DNA of 64,000 nt from Eledone cirrhosa (GCA_964016885.1 OZ024745.1:23932001-23996000); one strand, 5' to 3'. Shown: positions 1 through 12,691, counted from the stretch's first letter. Notes: generated by a model not told the origin, from the sequence alone. Numbers and translations are program-made.

Positions 1-1720
1 TGATGGTGGTGGTGGTGGTGGTGGTAGTGGTGGTGGTGGTGTTGGTGGTGGTAGTGGTAGTGGTGGTGGTAGTGGTGTAGTGGTGGTAGTGGTGTAGTGG
101 TCGTGATGGTCGTGGTGGTGGTGGTGGTGGTACTGGTGGTGGTGTATTGTTGGTGTTGTTGCTGGTGGTGTGGTGGTGGTGGTGGCGGTGGTTGGTGGTG
201 GTAATGGTGGTGGTAGTGGTGTAGTGATGGTGATGGTGGTGGTGGTGATGGAGTTGGAAGTAAGAGACGTCGTGTTGATTTGGTGTTGGTCGGGGTTTGC
301 TGTTGGTTTAGGAATTGTTGCTTGTATTGTTGTTGCTGGTGGTGTTGGTGGTGGTAGTGGTATTGGTGGCGGTGCTGACTGGATAGTTTAGTGCCTGGGG
401 TTGTAACTTTGACGCTATTTACTATCTGATAGTGATGGTGGTGGTGGCGTTGGTGGTGACTTAATGGTGAGAGTAATGGTGACGGCGGTGGAGGCCAAGA
501 TAAATGCGGTGGTTTTGGTAGTGGTAAATATACGCCGCCTTTTAGTGGTAATGGTTGTGGTGGTGGTAGTGATGGTGGTGGGTGGTTGTGGTGGTGTTGT
601 TGGTGGTGGTGGTGTAGGGGCTCGCGGCAGCAGTGGTGGTGATCTGGGGCAAGTGAGGATTAATGTGGGATTTACTATGACTCTGCTTGTGGATGGTGAT
701 GGTGATGGTGGTGGTGGTGGTGGATATGAAGGTGGTGTTGATGGCGGTTGTGTTGGTGGCGGCGGTTGAGGTAGTGATGTAGATGAAGGTGGTGTTGTTG
801 GTGGTGGTGGTGGTATTGGTGGTCGTGGTAGTGATGGTAGTGGTGGTGGTCGTATTGGTGATGGTGGTGCTGGAGTTGAAGTTGGTGTTGCTGGTGGTTG
901 TAGTTGTAGTGGTGGTTGTGGTGGTGGTCGTGGTAGTGATGGTGGTGGTGGTGTTGGTGATGGTGTTTGTAGTATGATAGTAGTGGTTGGGGTGGTAGTG
1001 GTGGTGGTGGTAATGGTGATAATGGTGGTAGTTGTGTTGGTGGTGGTGGTAGTGGTGGTGGTCGTAGTTGTGTTGGTAGTGATGGTAGTAGTTGTATTGG
1101 TGGTGGTAGTTGTGTTGGTGGTGGTGGTAGTAGTTGTATTGGTGGTGATGGTAGTAGTTGTATTGGTGGTAGTGGTGGTGGAGGTGGTAGTTGTGTTGGT
1201 GGTGGTGGTAGTTGTATTGGTGGTAGTGGTGGTGGTGGTGGTGGTAATTGTGTTGGTGGTGGTGGTAGCGGTAGTTGTGTTGGTGGTGGTTGTGTTGGTG
1301 GTTGTGTTGGTGGTGGTGGTGTTAATTGTGTTGGTGGTGGTGGTGGTAGTTGTGTTGGTGGTGATGGTAGTAGTTGTATTGGTGGTGGTGGTGGCGGTGG
1401 CGGTAGTTGTGTTGGTGGTGGTGGTGGTAGTTGTATTGGTGGTAGTGGTGGTGATGGTGGTAATTGTGTTGGTGGTGGTGGTAGCGGTAGTTGTGTTGGT
1501 GGTGGTTGTGTTGGTGGTTGTGTTGGTGGTGGTGGTGTTAATTGTGTTGGTGGTGGTGGTGGTAGTTGTGTTGGTGGTGATGGTAGTAGTTGTATTGGTG
1601 GTGGTGGTGGTGGTGGTGGCGGTAGTTGTGTTGGTGGTGGTGGTAATAATGGGAATGGTGTTGGTAGGGATGATGATAGTGTGGCTTGGGTAATGATGGT
1701 GGTGGTGGTGGTGTTTGGTT
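1..1720. repeat. Degenerate (GGT)n/(GTA)n low-complexity tract with ~15-24 bp sub-units
   Basis: Composition is almost entirely ggt/gta/gtt triplets. The poly-Val ORFs are artefacts of this. Confidence 0.95.
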
Positions 1721-1796
1721 GTCGCTAGCTGTGGTGTTAGTAATGGTAATGGTGCTGCTGGCAGAGACGTAAGACCATTATTCTTTCGGTGGAACA

Positions 1797-2716
1797 GGGC
1801 AGCGGATTGGCAGTATCGGTAGAGGGTCGGACGTCATACATTGCAGCATAGACTTACGGCCCTTTATGATCTGAGTTCAAATCCCACCGAGGTTAACTTT
1901 GCCTTTCATCTTTACGGGGTCGATAAAATAAAGTACTGGGATAATTGCTGGCCTTGTGCCAAAAGTAGAAACAATTATTCTTTCGGTGGAACATGGCGGT
2001 AGTTTGGCAGTAATTATTATGGTAACGCACAAAATGCTTTGTGTCACATAGTTACGTCCCTTATATTCTCAGTTAGTTATCTAAGTAAATCCCACTGAGG
2101 TTAATTTTGCCTTTCATCCTTACAGAGGTCGATAAAATAAAGTACCAGTCACGCACTTGGGTCTATTTAATCACGTTTCCCATTCGCTTCAAATTGCTAA
2201 CCTTCTGCCAAAAATAGAAACAATTATTAGTAGTAAAACATTATTACGGTGGGATAACTGCTTTGACGCATAGAGTTACGGCCCTTGCCATTCTAAGTTC
2301 AAATCCTGCCGAGGTTAACTTTGACTTTCATCCTTACGGGGTTGATAAAATAAAGTACCAGTAATGTACTGGGTAATTGCTGGCCTTGTGCCGAAAGAAG
2401 AAACAATTATTACGGTGGAATGACAGGGGATGTCTGATGTAGTAGAAGCCCTGAACAATATCTATTATATACCAGTAAAATATTGGGGGTGTTTTAACCG
2501 ACGAAATCAACCCCCACGACCACCTTATAAAAATGTTGGTCTTGTGTCAATGATAGAAATTATTACTATAGAGGATGAGGGCGCTGGATTGGCAGAACCG
2601 TAAAGATGTCAGACAAACTGGTTTTTGGTACTTAGTTATTTACGTTCAACGTTCAAATAACACTGAGGTGTAATTTAACTCTCATTCATCTGGGGGACGA
2701 TAAAATAAAATACCCA
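1797..2716 (+). mobile_element. Cluster of four head-to-tail tRNA-derived SINE copies (about 1797-1973, 1994-2228, 2253-2405, and a degenerate copy at 2578-2716)
   Basis: Shared architecture: tggcag..tcggtagag (A box), gagttcaaatcc (B box), gaggttaactttgcctttcatccttacggggtcgataaaataaagtacc core, gccttgtgccaaaagtagaaacaattatt tail. The first copy is flanked by a 20-bp direct repeat attattctttcggtggaaca (1777-1796 and 1974-1993). Confidence 0.88.
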
Positions 2717-2727
2717 TAACATATGCG

Positions 2728-2772
<45 letters not shown>

Positions 2773-2960
2773 CATCACGGGCGCTCTATCTCAAAATAAT
2801 TTTGAAAAGCATTAGAAATGCGCAACCAGTAAAACTTAAAACCAAAACTGAATACTAACCAATACTTATTACTAATTTTTATTTATTCCTAATTAAACTA
2901 TTTTTCACTGGGAACAATTTGTCACCATTTTCTTTTCCTTTTACCAATATATATATATAT

Positions 2961-3440
2961 ATATAAACAAGGTTTAGCAAATAATGAAAAAGTTTCAAAA
3001 TAAATTTTAAAAAATTAACTTTACCTACTATAGTTACCTTTACCGATCGGTTTCGAATCCCAAAAATAAACGGAGACCATACGGCCTTCGTTGCAAAGAA
3101 AGATTCTCGTCAGAAGGTTCTTTTCATTCAAAGAATATAAAATTCCTGAATTTAAATTACGAACTAGCGCTATCAAAACTGTTCCTGGGATGAGAGTGGA
3201 TGATGTAGAAACAGGTTTATCAAGGGCCGAAGTAAAGATAGAGGCAACCTGCCATTGAACCACACTGGATTCGAAACCGATCGGTAAAGGTAACTATAGT
3301 AGGTAAAGTTAATTTTTTAAAATTTATTTTGAAACTTTTTCATTATTTGCTAAACCTTGTTTATATTTGTTCTGGCTCGTTAATTTATTAACCTGCCATT
3401 GAACCACATTGGCATTTGGTTGGACAATACATGCGTACCT
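2961..3440. mobile_element. PLE-type terminal-repeat fragment with ~100-bp inverted duplication
   Basis: 2961-3060 is the reverse complement of 3267-3366. aacctgccattgaaccaca occurs twice. Flanked by (AT)n and contains a hammerhead fold. Confidence 0.7.
3036..3118 (-). ncRNA. Type I hammerhead ribozyme with long stem II loop
   Basis: Minus strand reads ACCUU CUGACGA GAAUC-(~42 nt)-GAUUC GAAA CCGAUCGG UA AAGGU. Core is intact, stems I and II pair, stem III is palindromic. Confidence 0.8.
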
Positions 3441-3471
3441 TAGCGCCTTGTGCGTGAAGGAACACATATCC

Positions 3472-3540
<69 letters not shown>

Positions 3541-3545
3541 GTAGA

Positions 3546-3644
3546 AAGGCTTCTACAGGACTAGTACTGTTTCATTCGGGAGAAATCATCAGGCTTCCCG
3601 ATGATTTCTCCCGAATGAAACAGTACTAGTCTTGTAGAAGCCTT
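3546..3644. repeat. Near-perfect ~45-bp-arm hairpin containing hammerhead core halves
   Basis: aaggcttctacaggactagtactgtttcattcgggagaaatcatc pairs with gatgatttctcccgaatgaaacagtactagtcttgtagaagcctt. Minus strand has CUGAUGA-uuucucccgaau-GAAA-caguacuag-UC, but the stem I 5' arm is missing. Confidence 0.8.
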
Positions 3645-3803
3645 CCAACATTAAATATTTATACTCTGCTTTGTATTGAGTACCTTACTTACTGTGGTTA
3701 CGCCCGATTGAACCCGGGATAAACTTATAAATATATATTTATATATATATATATACTTGGGGATGGTCATATTGTTGTAATAATATTGCCAGAATTAATA
3801 AGT

Positions 3804-3866
<63 letters not shown>

Positions 3867-4279
3867 TAGCGAGAATCGTATTTCGGCTCAGGAATTAACG
3901 AAAAACAACTTCCGAGATGTGTGGCAAGCGCTCGATGATTCAGTTGAATCAGAGCTACAATATACGTTAAAGGCCAAACACACTGAGAATGGTTAAACAA
4001 ACATCCGCACAGCCAAAGAAACGACCAAGTAATTCGGGTCAAACAATAAAAATATATGTGAATGAAAATTTACCCGGACCCGTGGAAGGTTGGTAAAATC
4101 CAGTATTTGGGTTTCTGCGACTCCTAAATCAAGTACTGTCCGTTTACATAAATAATGTTAGGCTTCTGGTGAGATGATTGAACAAGGAAGCCACTTTATC
4201 AACAGGTTTTTGTTCAATTGCTAATTCAAAGTGTGACTATTACTGACCCCACGTGGAGTTCAGCAAGGGAGGCAACACT

Positions 4280-4357
<78 letters not shown>

Positions 4358-4395
4358 ATAAATATAGTTTCCATTTATCAATATTATATATATGT

Positions 4396-4474
<79 letters not shown>

Positions 4475-4488
4475 CGTATATATATATA

Positions 4489-4520
<32 letters not shown>

Positions 4521-4546
4521 CACATACATATATATATACATATATG

Positions 4547-4619
<73 letters not shown>

Positions 4620-4905
4620 TAGATTGAGTTAGAAACTCAAAATAGCAAAATAGTCTTTTACAATTAAATAACTCAAAGAAGGGAATCTTTCCGAGTCGTG
4701 TAATATAATTGGATATATGAGAGGGATGAACACAGATATAAGTATACATGTGTTCCAATTGCATATATATATATATATATATATATTAATAAGAGGAATT
4801 CCAACTTTGTCTGATTTACTCGTTTTATTTACAATCCTTTAAAATATATATAATAAGGTATTATAATGAAATAGTATGATAGAATATTAAATTCTAAGTG
4901 TTAAT

Positions 4906-4944
4906 TGAACAAGTACTTTCATGCTTTCGCAATCTTCGGGTTCA
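4906..4944 (-). ncRNA. Minimal hammerhead ribozyme (core variant CCGAAGA) in the 3' region of the PLE
   Basis: Minus strand reads UGAAC CCGAAGA UUGC-gaaa-GCAU GAAA GUAC UU GUUCA. It lies downstream of the PLE ORF on the same strand. Confidence 0.7.
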
Positions 4945-5326
4945 TAATATGTGGTGACAGTCGAGTTTGCAATTTTCAACTGTAATGAGATGGGTAAATT
5001 TCCTACCTTTTATACATTTTATACAGAGAAAAGTGGCTCCAGAATGCTAAGCCCTGTAAACTGTATTTCGACCAATCAGTGTGTAGTTTCACTGAATTAC
5101 TAAAGCTGATTGGTTTAAGCGTCACGGCTGGTTGAGCATGCTAACGACCAATAATCATATCCAAAGCATCAATTGTTTTGCTATTTTTAGAAATGATGAA
5201 AATAGCATTTTCTATTAATCATCACCATCAACATCACTTTTATTATTATTATTATTGTTGTTGTTGTTGTTGTTGTTAGTGGTCGTGGTCATAGTGGTAG
5301 TAGAAGTAATACCCCTAAGCGTTATT

Positions 5327-6493
5327 ATTGTTCATTTAGCTTGGGTTTGAATTTATCAATAAAATTCTTTTCTTTTATTTTTCTCTTGATTTCACTTGGG
5401 CTGTGTAATTTATAAAATGAGAATATTATAAATATTCCCTGACCACATGTTGCTAGGTGGTTGCTTAGGGGTATCTAACGGACATTTGGGTCTCTGATTT
5501 GTTGACGGTGTACCCGTGCACATTCCGATAGTGCATTTCCAGTTTGACCGACATATAGTTCTTCACAATTCGGGCATTTAATGTAGTAAATTAGATTTCT
5601 GCTTTTGCAGTTCATATTTGCATTTGGGAATATTTTTTCAGTTTTTGTTTTCATATATTGACCGGCGTGTATGGATTGACATGTGCCGCATCGACTATCA
5701 TTGCATTTAGATACAGTGAATGATTGGTCTTTGTTGTTAAGGTCAAACTTTGCTTTTGTTAGTAATTGCTTCAAATTTTTTGGCTGTCTTTTAGTAAGAG
5801 TCAAAGATCGATCTGTGATTAAGCCTTTTAATTCATTACTTTGAGCAATGATCGGTAGGTTTGCTTTGGCAGTGTTGAAGATATTCTGGTGACATGGGTT
5901 GTGTGTCATTATAAATGGTATGACCAGTTCTTGGTTTCTTCTTCCTTGGGTTGTTCTAAGTTGTTGTATAGGTATTTTTATAGCCCGCTGTATGCCATTT
6001 TCTATAAGTAGAGATGGGTATTTTTGTTTGAGCAAAAATTCTCTTAGTTCTGTTAGGCGTTTGTACCTGGTATTCGTATCTTCTACAATGGTACAAATTC
6101 TTCTGGCTAGGCAGTATGGGATGTTGCGTTTTGTATGAGGTGGATGGCACGACTTAAAATTCAGATATAGATGGGTGTCTGTGTGTTTATAATATATATC
6201 CGTGGTAATGGTGGTGTCGTTTTTTATTATCATTATATCTAGGAATGGTAATTTGGTCCTACTCATCTCTTTTGTGAATTGGAGAGATGGGTGTAGGTTA
6301 TTCAGGAGGATATCGAACTCATCCAGAGTATCTAGAGATTCTGTCCAGATGATGAAACAGTCGTCAAGGTATCTCTTCCAAGATTTTTCAATGTACTTTC
6401 TAAAGTCAGTACTATATTTTTCCTCTATTTCTTGGTAGAGTTGTTGTTCTAAGTATCCCATTACAGAGTTCGCGTAAACGGGAGCAATACCCG
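5327..6493 (-). pseudogene. PLE reverse transcriptase C-terminal half, thumb, Cys linker and GIY-YIG endonuclease
   Basis: WKRYLDDCF (RT YxDD), LPFLD, TDIYYKHTDTHLYLNFKSCHP, CNDSRCGTC, NLIYYIKCPNCEELYVGQT (GIY-YIG). Frame continues past the stop at 5475 to ...KEKNFIDKFKPKLN. Confidence 0.93.
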
Positions 6494-6507
6494 TGTATAT
6501 TTACCTA

Positions 6508-6638
<131 letters not shown>

Positions 6639-6693
6639 TATATATATATTACTTCAAAATATTAATAAATATAGACATTCATGTGATCAAATA

Positions 6694-6759
6694 TATTTTA
6701 TTATGTATATTTAAGAGGTACTGAGCTGTTTGATCGGTACGTCCTCATCAGATAAAATA
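6694..6759 (-). ncRNA. Degenerate hammerhead (GAAA changed to UAAA), same family as 56048-56113
   Basis: Minus strand reads UAUUUUAU CUGAUGA ggacguac..guaccucu UAAA uauaca UA AUAAAAUA. Flanks (caattccagt(t/a)ttggcagt) are shared with the 56-kb copy. Confidence 0.65.
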
Positions 6760-6878
6760 AATTGACGTCTGACATACCTCAACTGTGCTGATGGTTCAAT
6801 TCCAGTTTTGGCAGTCATATATATACATATATTCATATATATATATATTCCAGTTTTGGCGGCAGTTATATATATATT

Positions 6879-6992
<114 letters not shown>

Positions 6993-7020
6993 TATATATA
7001 TATACCAGTTTTGGCGGCAG

Positions 7021-7058
<38 letters not shown>

Positions 7059-8026
7059 GGCGGGCACCTGCGTGTTTGATGTTCGTCATTTCATTTTTTT
7101 TTTTCAAATGTCCTTATTAGTCATATATATTTAGTTTGGAAACATGGTTTTCCTAAATCCAAAAGTTTCTCAATGTTTCCAGATCTTCAACCCACATCTT
7201 CAGAATACGAATTATAGTAGTAATAGCATGATTTTGACGTGTTTTTTGTAGGACGTAAATGCTCAGAGGATTTATCGGTAGAATGTTCAATGCCGGATTA
7301 AAAAACCTTGAGTGGTTAATTCCTGGTATATTCTATTGTTAATTTTATGACTGGTGTATCGGTGGGATGAGGTTTCTTTTTCTGATATATTTTGTCCTTC
7401 GGCATAGTTTCTTTGGCAATCGATGAAAATATGCTCAGTAGAAAGTGAGAACCGAGTTTTGTGAAATCTTGATATAAGTAGTGCTTGGGTGGCTGCTGCA
7501 GCGGGTGTCTCTGGTCCTTCTCCGTGGTAACGCTTTTGCCATTTTGTCCGTAGGGTGTGACTGAAGCACCACTCAGACTGGGGTGTAGTGACTGTCGCTC
7601 CTCTCCTTTACATTTTCTTTTTTCTTCTTAATTTTTTGTTCCCTTTAGTAGTGAGGGTTTTGTTTTATTTGATACTGCTCAATTATGTTTATATAATGCC
7701 AATGACCTTTCATGACATTGTGAGATTTTGTATATTGAATAAATGAAAAACCAGCAGTAGTGCTTTAAATGGAACTGAAGATGATCTTCTCTAAGGATAA
7801 TAGGAGTTTACAGTCTGATGTTGATGACACCAATGATGCGAATACAGTTATGACTGAAAGTTATCGCCAGAATAATCAAAGTAGTGATTTTCCTGGGTTT
7901 GAAAATGAATAAAATTACAATAGAGTTCCTCTTAATAACTCTGGTAGCAGTGATTTTAAAATAAAAATGAAAAGCTTCCAATCGATTTAACATATATGGC
8001 TATGTTCTGTGCAATAAAATGTTGTC

Positions 8027-8213
8027 TACGGCAGTCAACTGAAAGGTTCATACGTTGATTATGAAGGATTGGTGTTAGAGCTGTGAAATCTGCATGCATT
8101 AATTTCAAATCTTCTTATTAATAACTGCATTGGCTCTTTCCAGGGAATATGCTGAAAAATAAACCGTATTTGGTTATTCCATGAGAGTATCTTGGTCTCA
8201 GCCGACACTCGTA
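8027..8213. mobile_element. Mariner-type MITE, family copy 1
   Basis: tacg...cagccgacactcgta termini with TA ends. Internal sequence (gagctgtgaaatc..gcatgcattaatttcaa..gagagtatcttggtc) matches 44402-44600. Confidence 0.75.
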
Positions 8214-8849
8214 TCAATTACATACAATATCGCAAATATGAATGAAATATTATAGATGTGAATTTCTTATAGAAATAATTCTTTAAAAATATACCAGAGC
8301 TACCTTCATATGATGAACAAGTTGAGACAGGCTTTGGCGGGAGATCCTTAACGATGCTGTAGAAACACGTCTCTTATAGCCAAAACAATGATTTCATATA
8401 ATGTTCAGTGTTTTAACCAACTCAGAAATCAAATTTAACCACTTCTCTGTCAGAATTAACATAAATTTGATGCTTGTGATTAATTTGTAATGAGTTGGTG
8501 AAGATTTCTTGCTAAATTAAGGTGTTCAGCAGGTAAACACGAATCCTATTTTATGTTGTAACATAGCCATAAACCAACCCTAACCTTATTTCTCTATTTA
8601 TAAGATATAAATCATGGGTCTGTGATGAAATCGTCACTACTAAAGAGAATTTCAAGGCAATAAATCCGTTCTGACACTTTTTCACCAATTAAGCTCCCTT
8701 TATACTAAACATCTGTGCATCACGTGCTATGCCAGTGGAAAAAAGTCGATAAACCCGCATGGACCAAGCAGTAAACCATGCAATTCAAGTGGCCGTTTGA
8801 GTTGATTTTCCGCTGCTATGGGCTATAGTAGGTAGAACAACTAAAATTT

Positions 8850-9384
8850 TATAAGTAAAAAATATTAAACGCAACACAATGCATAATTAAGTACAAATTT
8901 GAATAAAATTGGCCGCAAACTTTAGAAGTTATTGACATCGATACTTTTTTAAATTTAGTTTTTCTCACACAGGGCCCGAATTAGATAAAATTGATAAATC
9001 GGTTAGTCCAAAATATTGTTTGGTACATGAGGCATCGTTATTCCAAATTTGAAGGAAATCGGTCCAAACTGTAGGCGTTATAACGATGCGGATTTTTTTT
9101 ATTCCTTTTTTTCTAGTCCAGGGGGTGCACTAAACAAAATGTTATGAGTCCAAAATAAAGTAGGGAACATAATGCATGTTTGTTCCAAGTTTGAAGGAAA
9201 TCGGATGTAAACTGTAGAAGTTACTGACAAAAATGATTTTTTTAGTCGGGTTTTCTCTTATAGAGGGCGCAGTAGACCCAAATTTGAAAATGTAATGAGT
9301 TCGTATGAAGCTCAGAAGCATAACGCATATTTGTCCCAAATTTGAAGAAAATCGGTTGCAAGTTGTAGAAGTTATGTCGAAACA

Positions 9385-9419
<35 letters not shown>

Positions 9420-9436
9420 TATTATATATATATAGA
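8850..9436 (+). mobile_element. Helentron/DINE-1-like non-autonomous element
   Basis: Internal ~120-130 bp sub-repeats (ccaaatttgaaggaaatcgg...tgtag), then (CA)n and a tatatatatagat end typical of HINE/DINE-1-like elements. The 5' boundary is uncertain. Confidence 0.55.
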
Positions 9437-9636
9437 TTATTCCTTCTAAAGTGGGGCACATCATTATATATATACTATATAATTAAAATTTCCTACACTT
9501 AACATGTATGCGTGACCTTAGGTTTCGGGGCCCAGTTATGGCTACCACTTTATAGTGGAGGAGCCGTTTTAATACTGGCCTCTCATAGGGCGCTAGGACA
9601 AAATTACCTTGTACACACACACACATATATATATAA

Positions 9637-9990
9637 TGACTTTTCATCGAACGACTCTCAATGAATGACTATCTATCGAATGTCTTTTATAAGAAGTAAA
9701 AAAAAAAATCTTATGACTAACGTAAAATATGCTCTACAAAATAATATATTTACAAAACTAATTCATGAAAAGTTGCTTCGATAAAAATATCGTTTTGATA
9801 AAATTCTTTTAGATAAAAATGTTGTTTTGATAATAAAAAAAAATCGCTTCGATAAAATATCATTACATATAAAGAATTTTCGATAAAATGTCGTTAGATA
9901 AAAATTGTTTTTGATTAAAAATATTGTTTCGATAAAAATTCGTTGCGTTAAATGTAATTTCGACGAAAAGTCGTTTGATGAAATGTGGTA
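9637..9990. mobile_element. Foldback-type MITE with ~15-bp sub-terminal repeats
   Basis: Left gacttttcatcgaacgac is inverted against right cgacgaaaagtcgtttgatgaaatg. The motif tcgataaaa-tgtcgt recurs many times. Confidence 0.6.
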
Positions 9991-10312
9991 TCATTCATAT
10001 ATTTTTTTCTAGATCACTCTAACTCAAATTCAATCTCTATCTATAGTCGTTTTTCTTCCGTTTACCCTATTTTCTTTCTCTTTTTATTTCTTTCTTTTAC
10101 TCATTCATTAACTCCTTTTTTTTCTTTCTTTTTACCTATCTTTATTTTTTTCCTTTCCTTTTTCCTTCTTCGACAATTTTTCCTCGTTCTTTTACACATT
10201 GCTTATTTCATTCTCCATGATCTTTTATCCTTCTTCAATTTTTCTCTCTTTCGTTTCATTAATCGCTTTATCTTATTCTTTCTTATTTCTCGTATATTGT
10301 CAGTCATTTCTC

Positions 10313-10455
10313 GTATATTGATAAAATCATTAGAATACTGCTTTGCGCATTCGTTCCGGCTCTCTACTCTCTGAGTTCAAATTCCGCCGAGGACAACTTT
10401 GCCTTAGATCCATTCGAAGTCGATAAAAAAGTATCAGTTTAGTACTGTGGTCGAT
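10313..10455 (+). mobile_element. tRNA-derived SINE, degenerate copy
   Basis: ctctgagttcaaattccgccgaggacaactttgcc...gtcgataaaaaagtatcagt. Confidence 0.75.
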
Positions 10456-10922
10456 TCTTTCTCTATATCTCTTTCTCCTTTCCATTCTATCACTTTTTAT
10501 CCTTTGCTGTAAGAAATGTGCTGTACTCAGGCCTGGAGATAAGATGGGCTCTTCCAGTCTCAAAATGCCCAAGAAACACCGTACGGCGCCCTTACAGATC
10601 CACAAGGAGTCACGGGACCATACCACACCATACCATACCACACCATACAATTTCTCGCATATTTGTTTTCTTTTCTTCCTGTCATCATCTTCTTATTGTT
10701 AGATTCATATTTTCCTTCCTCTCTCTTGTAATTGCTCTCCTCCATTCTTCCCATTTTTCTTTGTATTCCTCTTAACATTTTATCGTCTGCACATTCCTTT
10801 ATATCTCCCAGCATGTTATCTTTATTGTCTCATCCTTTGCATATATCATTCTATAACTGTGCTGACTATATATTACGGTGAAGAACTTATCTGAAATGCT
10901 GCAAGGCATTGGTTTCACTAAA

Positions 10923-11124
10923 TATGCGAGGATCGGCTGAAATATCATAAACGGAAAAGCTCATAGACTGACCAAGATACACTCGTGGGATGTCCAATAA
11001 GGTTAATTTTTAACATAGTCCCTAGAAAGAAACAATACAGTTATTTACAAGACGAGTTGAATTTAATGCATGCCAAAATTTCATAACACTAGTATCACTA
11101 CTTCATATTCAGCCTACTCCCGCA
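10923..11124. mobile_element. Mariner-type MITE, family copy 2 (opposite orientation)
   Basis: tgcgaggatcggctgaaa terminus. Internal sequence is the reverse complement of the 8027 and 44402 copies. Confidence 0.65.
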
Positions 11125-11329
11125 CACACTTAGGAATATTCTATTTAAATGTTATCAAAAGTGCAGTATAATCAGATTAACTCAATACTTTATCATATAC
11201 ACTCGGAAAGAGAAAGGAAATCTCGGTGTTATTTGAACTCAGAAAGCAAAGAACCGCAAAGAAATGCTGCATGACATTTTGTGCGCTTCACTATCAGTTC
11301 TGCCAACTCTGCGGGCATAAATTATCTCT

Positions 11330-11522
11330 TCTTCTCTTTCTTCTTCTCATTCTCCTTCTTCTGCAGGTCGCAGAGGAAGAGTCTTCAAACACTCCTTCCA
11401 GTGAGTCCTATCAGAAGCAAACATCTCCAACTGATCTGGCTGGATCCCCAAACGAGTCCAGCCAAACTCATGGATGTTATCCAACCATCTTGCTCGGGCT
11501 CTAGCACTGGCTCTCCTTCTAT
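11330..11522 (-). mobile_element. 5'-truncated RTE-clade LINE 3' end with 17-bp target-site duplication
   Basis: Minus-strand translation RARARWLDNIHEFGWTRLGIQPDQLEMFASDRTHWKECL resembles the RTE ORF C-terminus. TSD gggcataaattatctct at 11313-11329 and 11523-11539. Confidence 0.8.
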
Positions 11523-12098
11523 GGGCATAAATTATCTCTATATATTAAAACTAATATAAAAAGGAAACACTAGAATTTACCACAAGCTACTTGATCAATG
11601 GAAAAAGTGGGAAAAATAATACAAGATCGTTATAAAAGAAAAACAAAATCCAATCAGTGTGAATTATAGGTAAAGTACGAAGATGTTAGACAACCGCCAT
11701 ATAATGCAGAGTCAGCTAATTAGAAGACTGGGTGCTAAACAACAACGAAATAAAACAAAATAAAATATAACAAAAATGTATTTAAAATAATGCTATTAAC
11801 TCATGAGAACCTTTTCCATTTACCCGGATTGAAAGTTAGTTCCTCGAGTAGAGAAATACATTGCAAATAGACACAATAACATATATACGCACATACGGGA
11901 GCTAACTTTGCACTACGATTCAGCACTACCCAACAAAGCCTTAGCTGCCTACGTACGGATCGAGTTCTCCCGGATACGAAGCAAGTAGCAAAGCTAGAGA
12001 CAAAGCCATAAGCACCAAATAATTTTAAATGGTATCGTTAGAAAATGGTTACCCAGCAACCTTCAGCAAACCTTCATATATATATATATATATATATG

Positions 12099-12580
12099 AT
12101 GGTTGCAAACTCTGCTAAGAGTATTGCAATCACTTGTCGGATTACAGAAAATGGTGCACTTTTAGGCTGCGGCCAGCCACACGAACCTGTAACAGATCCT
12201 GAACAAGCAATGCCTGTGCTTTGAAGTTTTTTAAGTGGGGAAAAGCCTTGCACTCGACCAATTCTACTTTCTGAGCATCGAAAACACTACCCGAAAAGGA
12301 GAACTGGTCAACATCATCGGATGCTTCCGAAACCACAGGTTTCCCTCTCTTAGAAAGGTGTTGTGAAAACAACTGAGGGCCCTTCCTCCCGGGTGGAAAA
12401 AAAAGTAATATTTGGATGATCGTTGTCTCTGCTGAGTCCCTCCGCCATTTGCCGGGTCTTGTATTTCATCCCGCAGGGTGTCCAAATATCACCCTCCTCA
12501 CAAAGCAAGCTTGGCGAGGAGGCCGGATAGACAGGTTGTACTGGGTTACATATTACCAGTAGCACTGGAGAGCGACCTGA
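12099..12580 (-). mobile_element. Non-autonomous element, diverged relative of 13934-14541 (probably derived from an RTE 5' UTR)
   Basis: Shares blocks acaggttgtactggg..ttaccagtagcac..gacctga, caccctcctcac, aatgcctgtgc and gtcaacatcat with 13934-14541. Confidence 0.6.
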
Positions 12581-12619
12581 TACACATACATACATATATA
12601 TACACCTACACACACACAG

Positions 12620-12691
<72 letters not shown>

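Larger units (their letters stand above)
4790..6493 (-). mobile_element. 5'-truncated Penelope-like retroelement (Neptune-like)
   Basis: RT and GIY-YIG ORF plus a downstream non-coding region with a hammerhead. Bounded by (AT)n and (CT)n tracts. Confidence 0.88.

Noticed and set aside
7140-7600. Possible L1/Tx1 zinc-knuckle relic (TEHIFIDC on the minus strand)
   Set aside because: A single short motif lacking the upstream CxxC, too weak to call.
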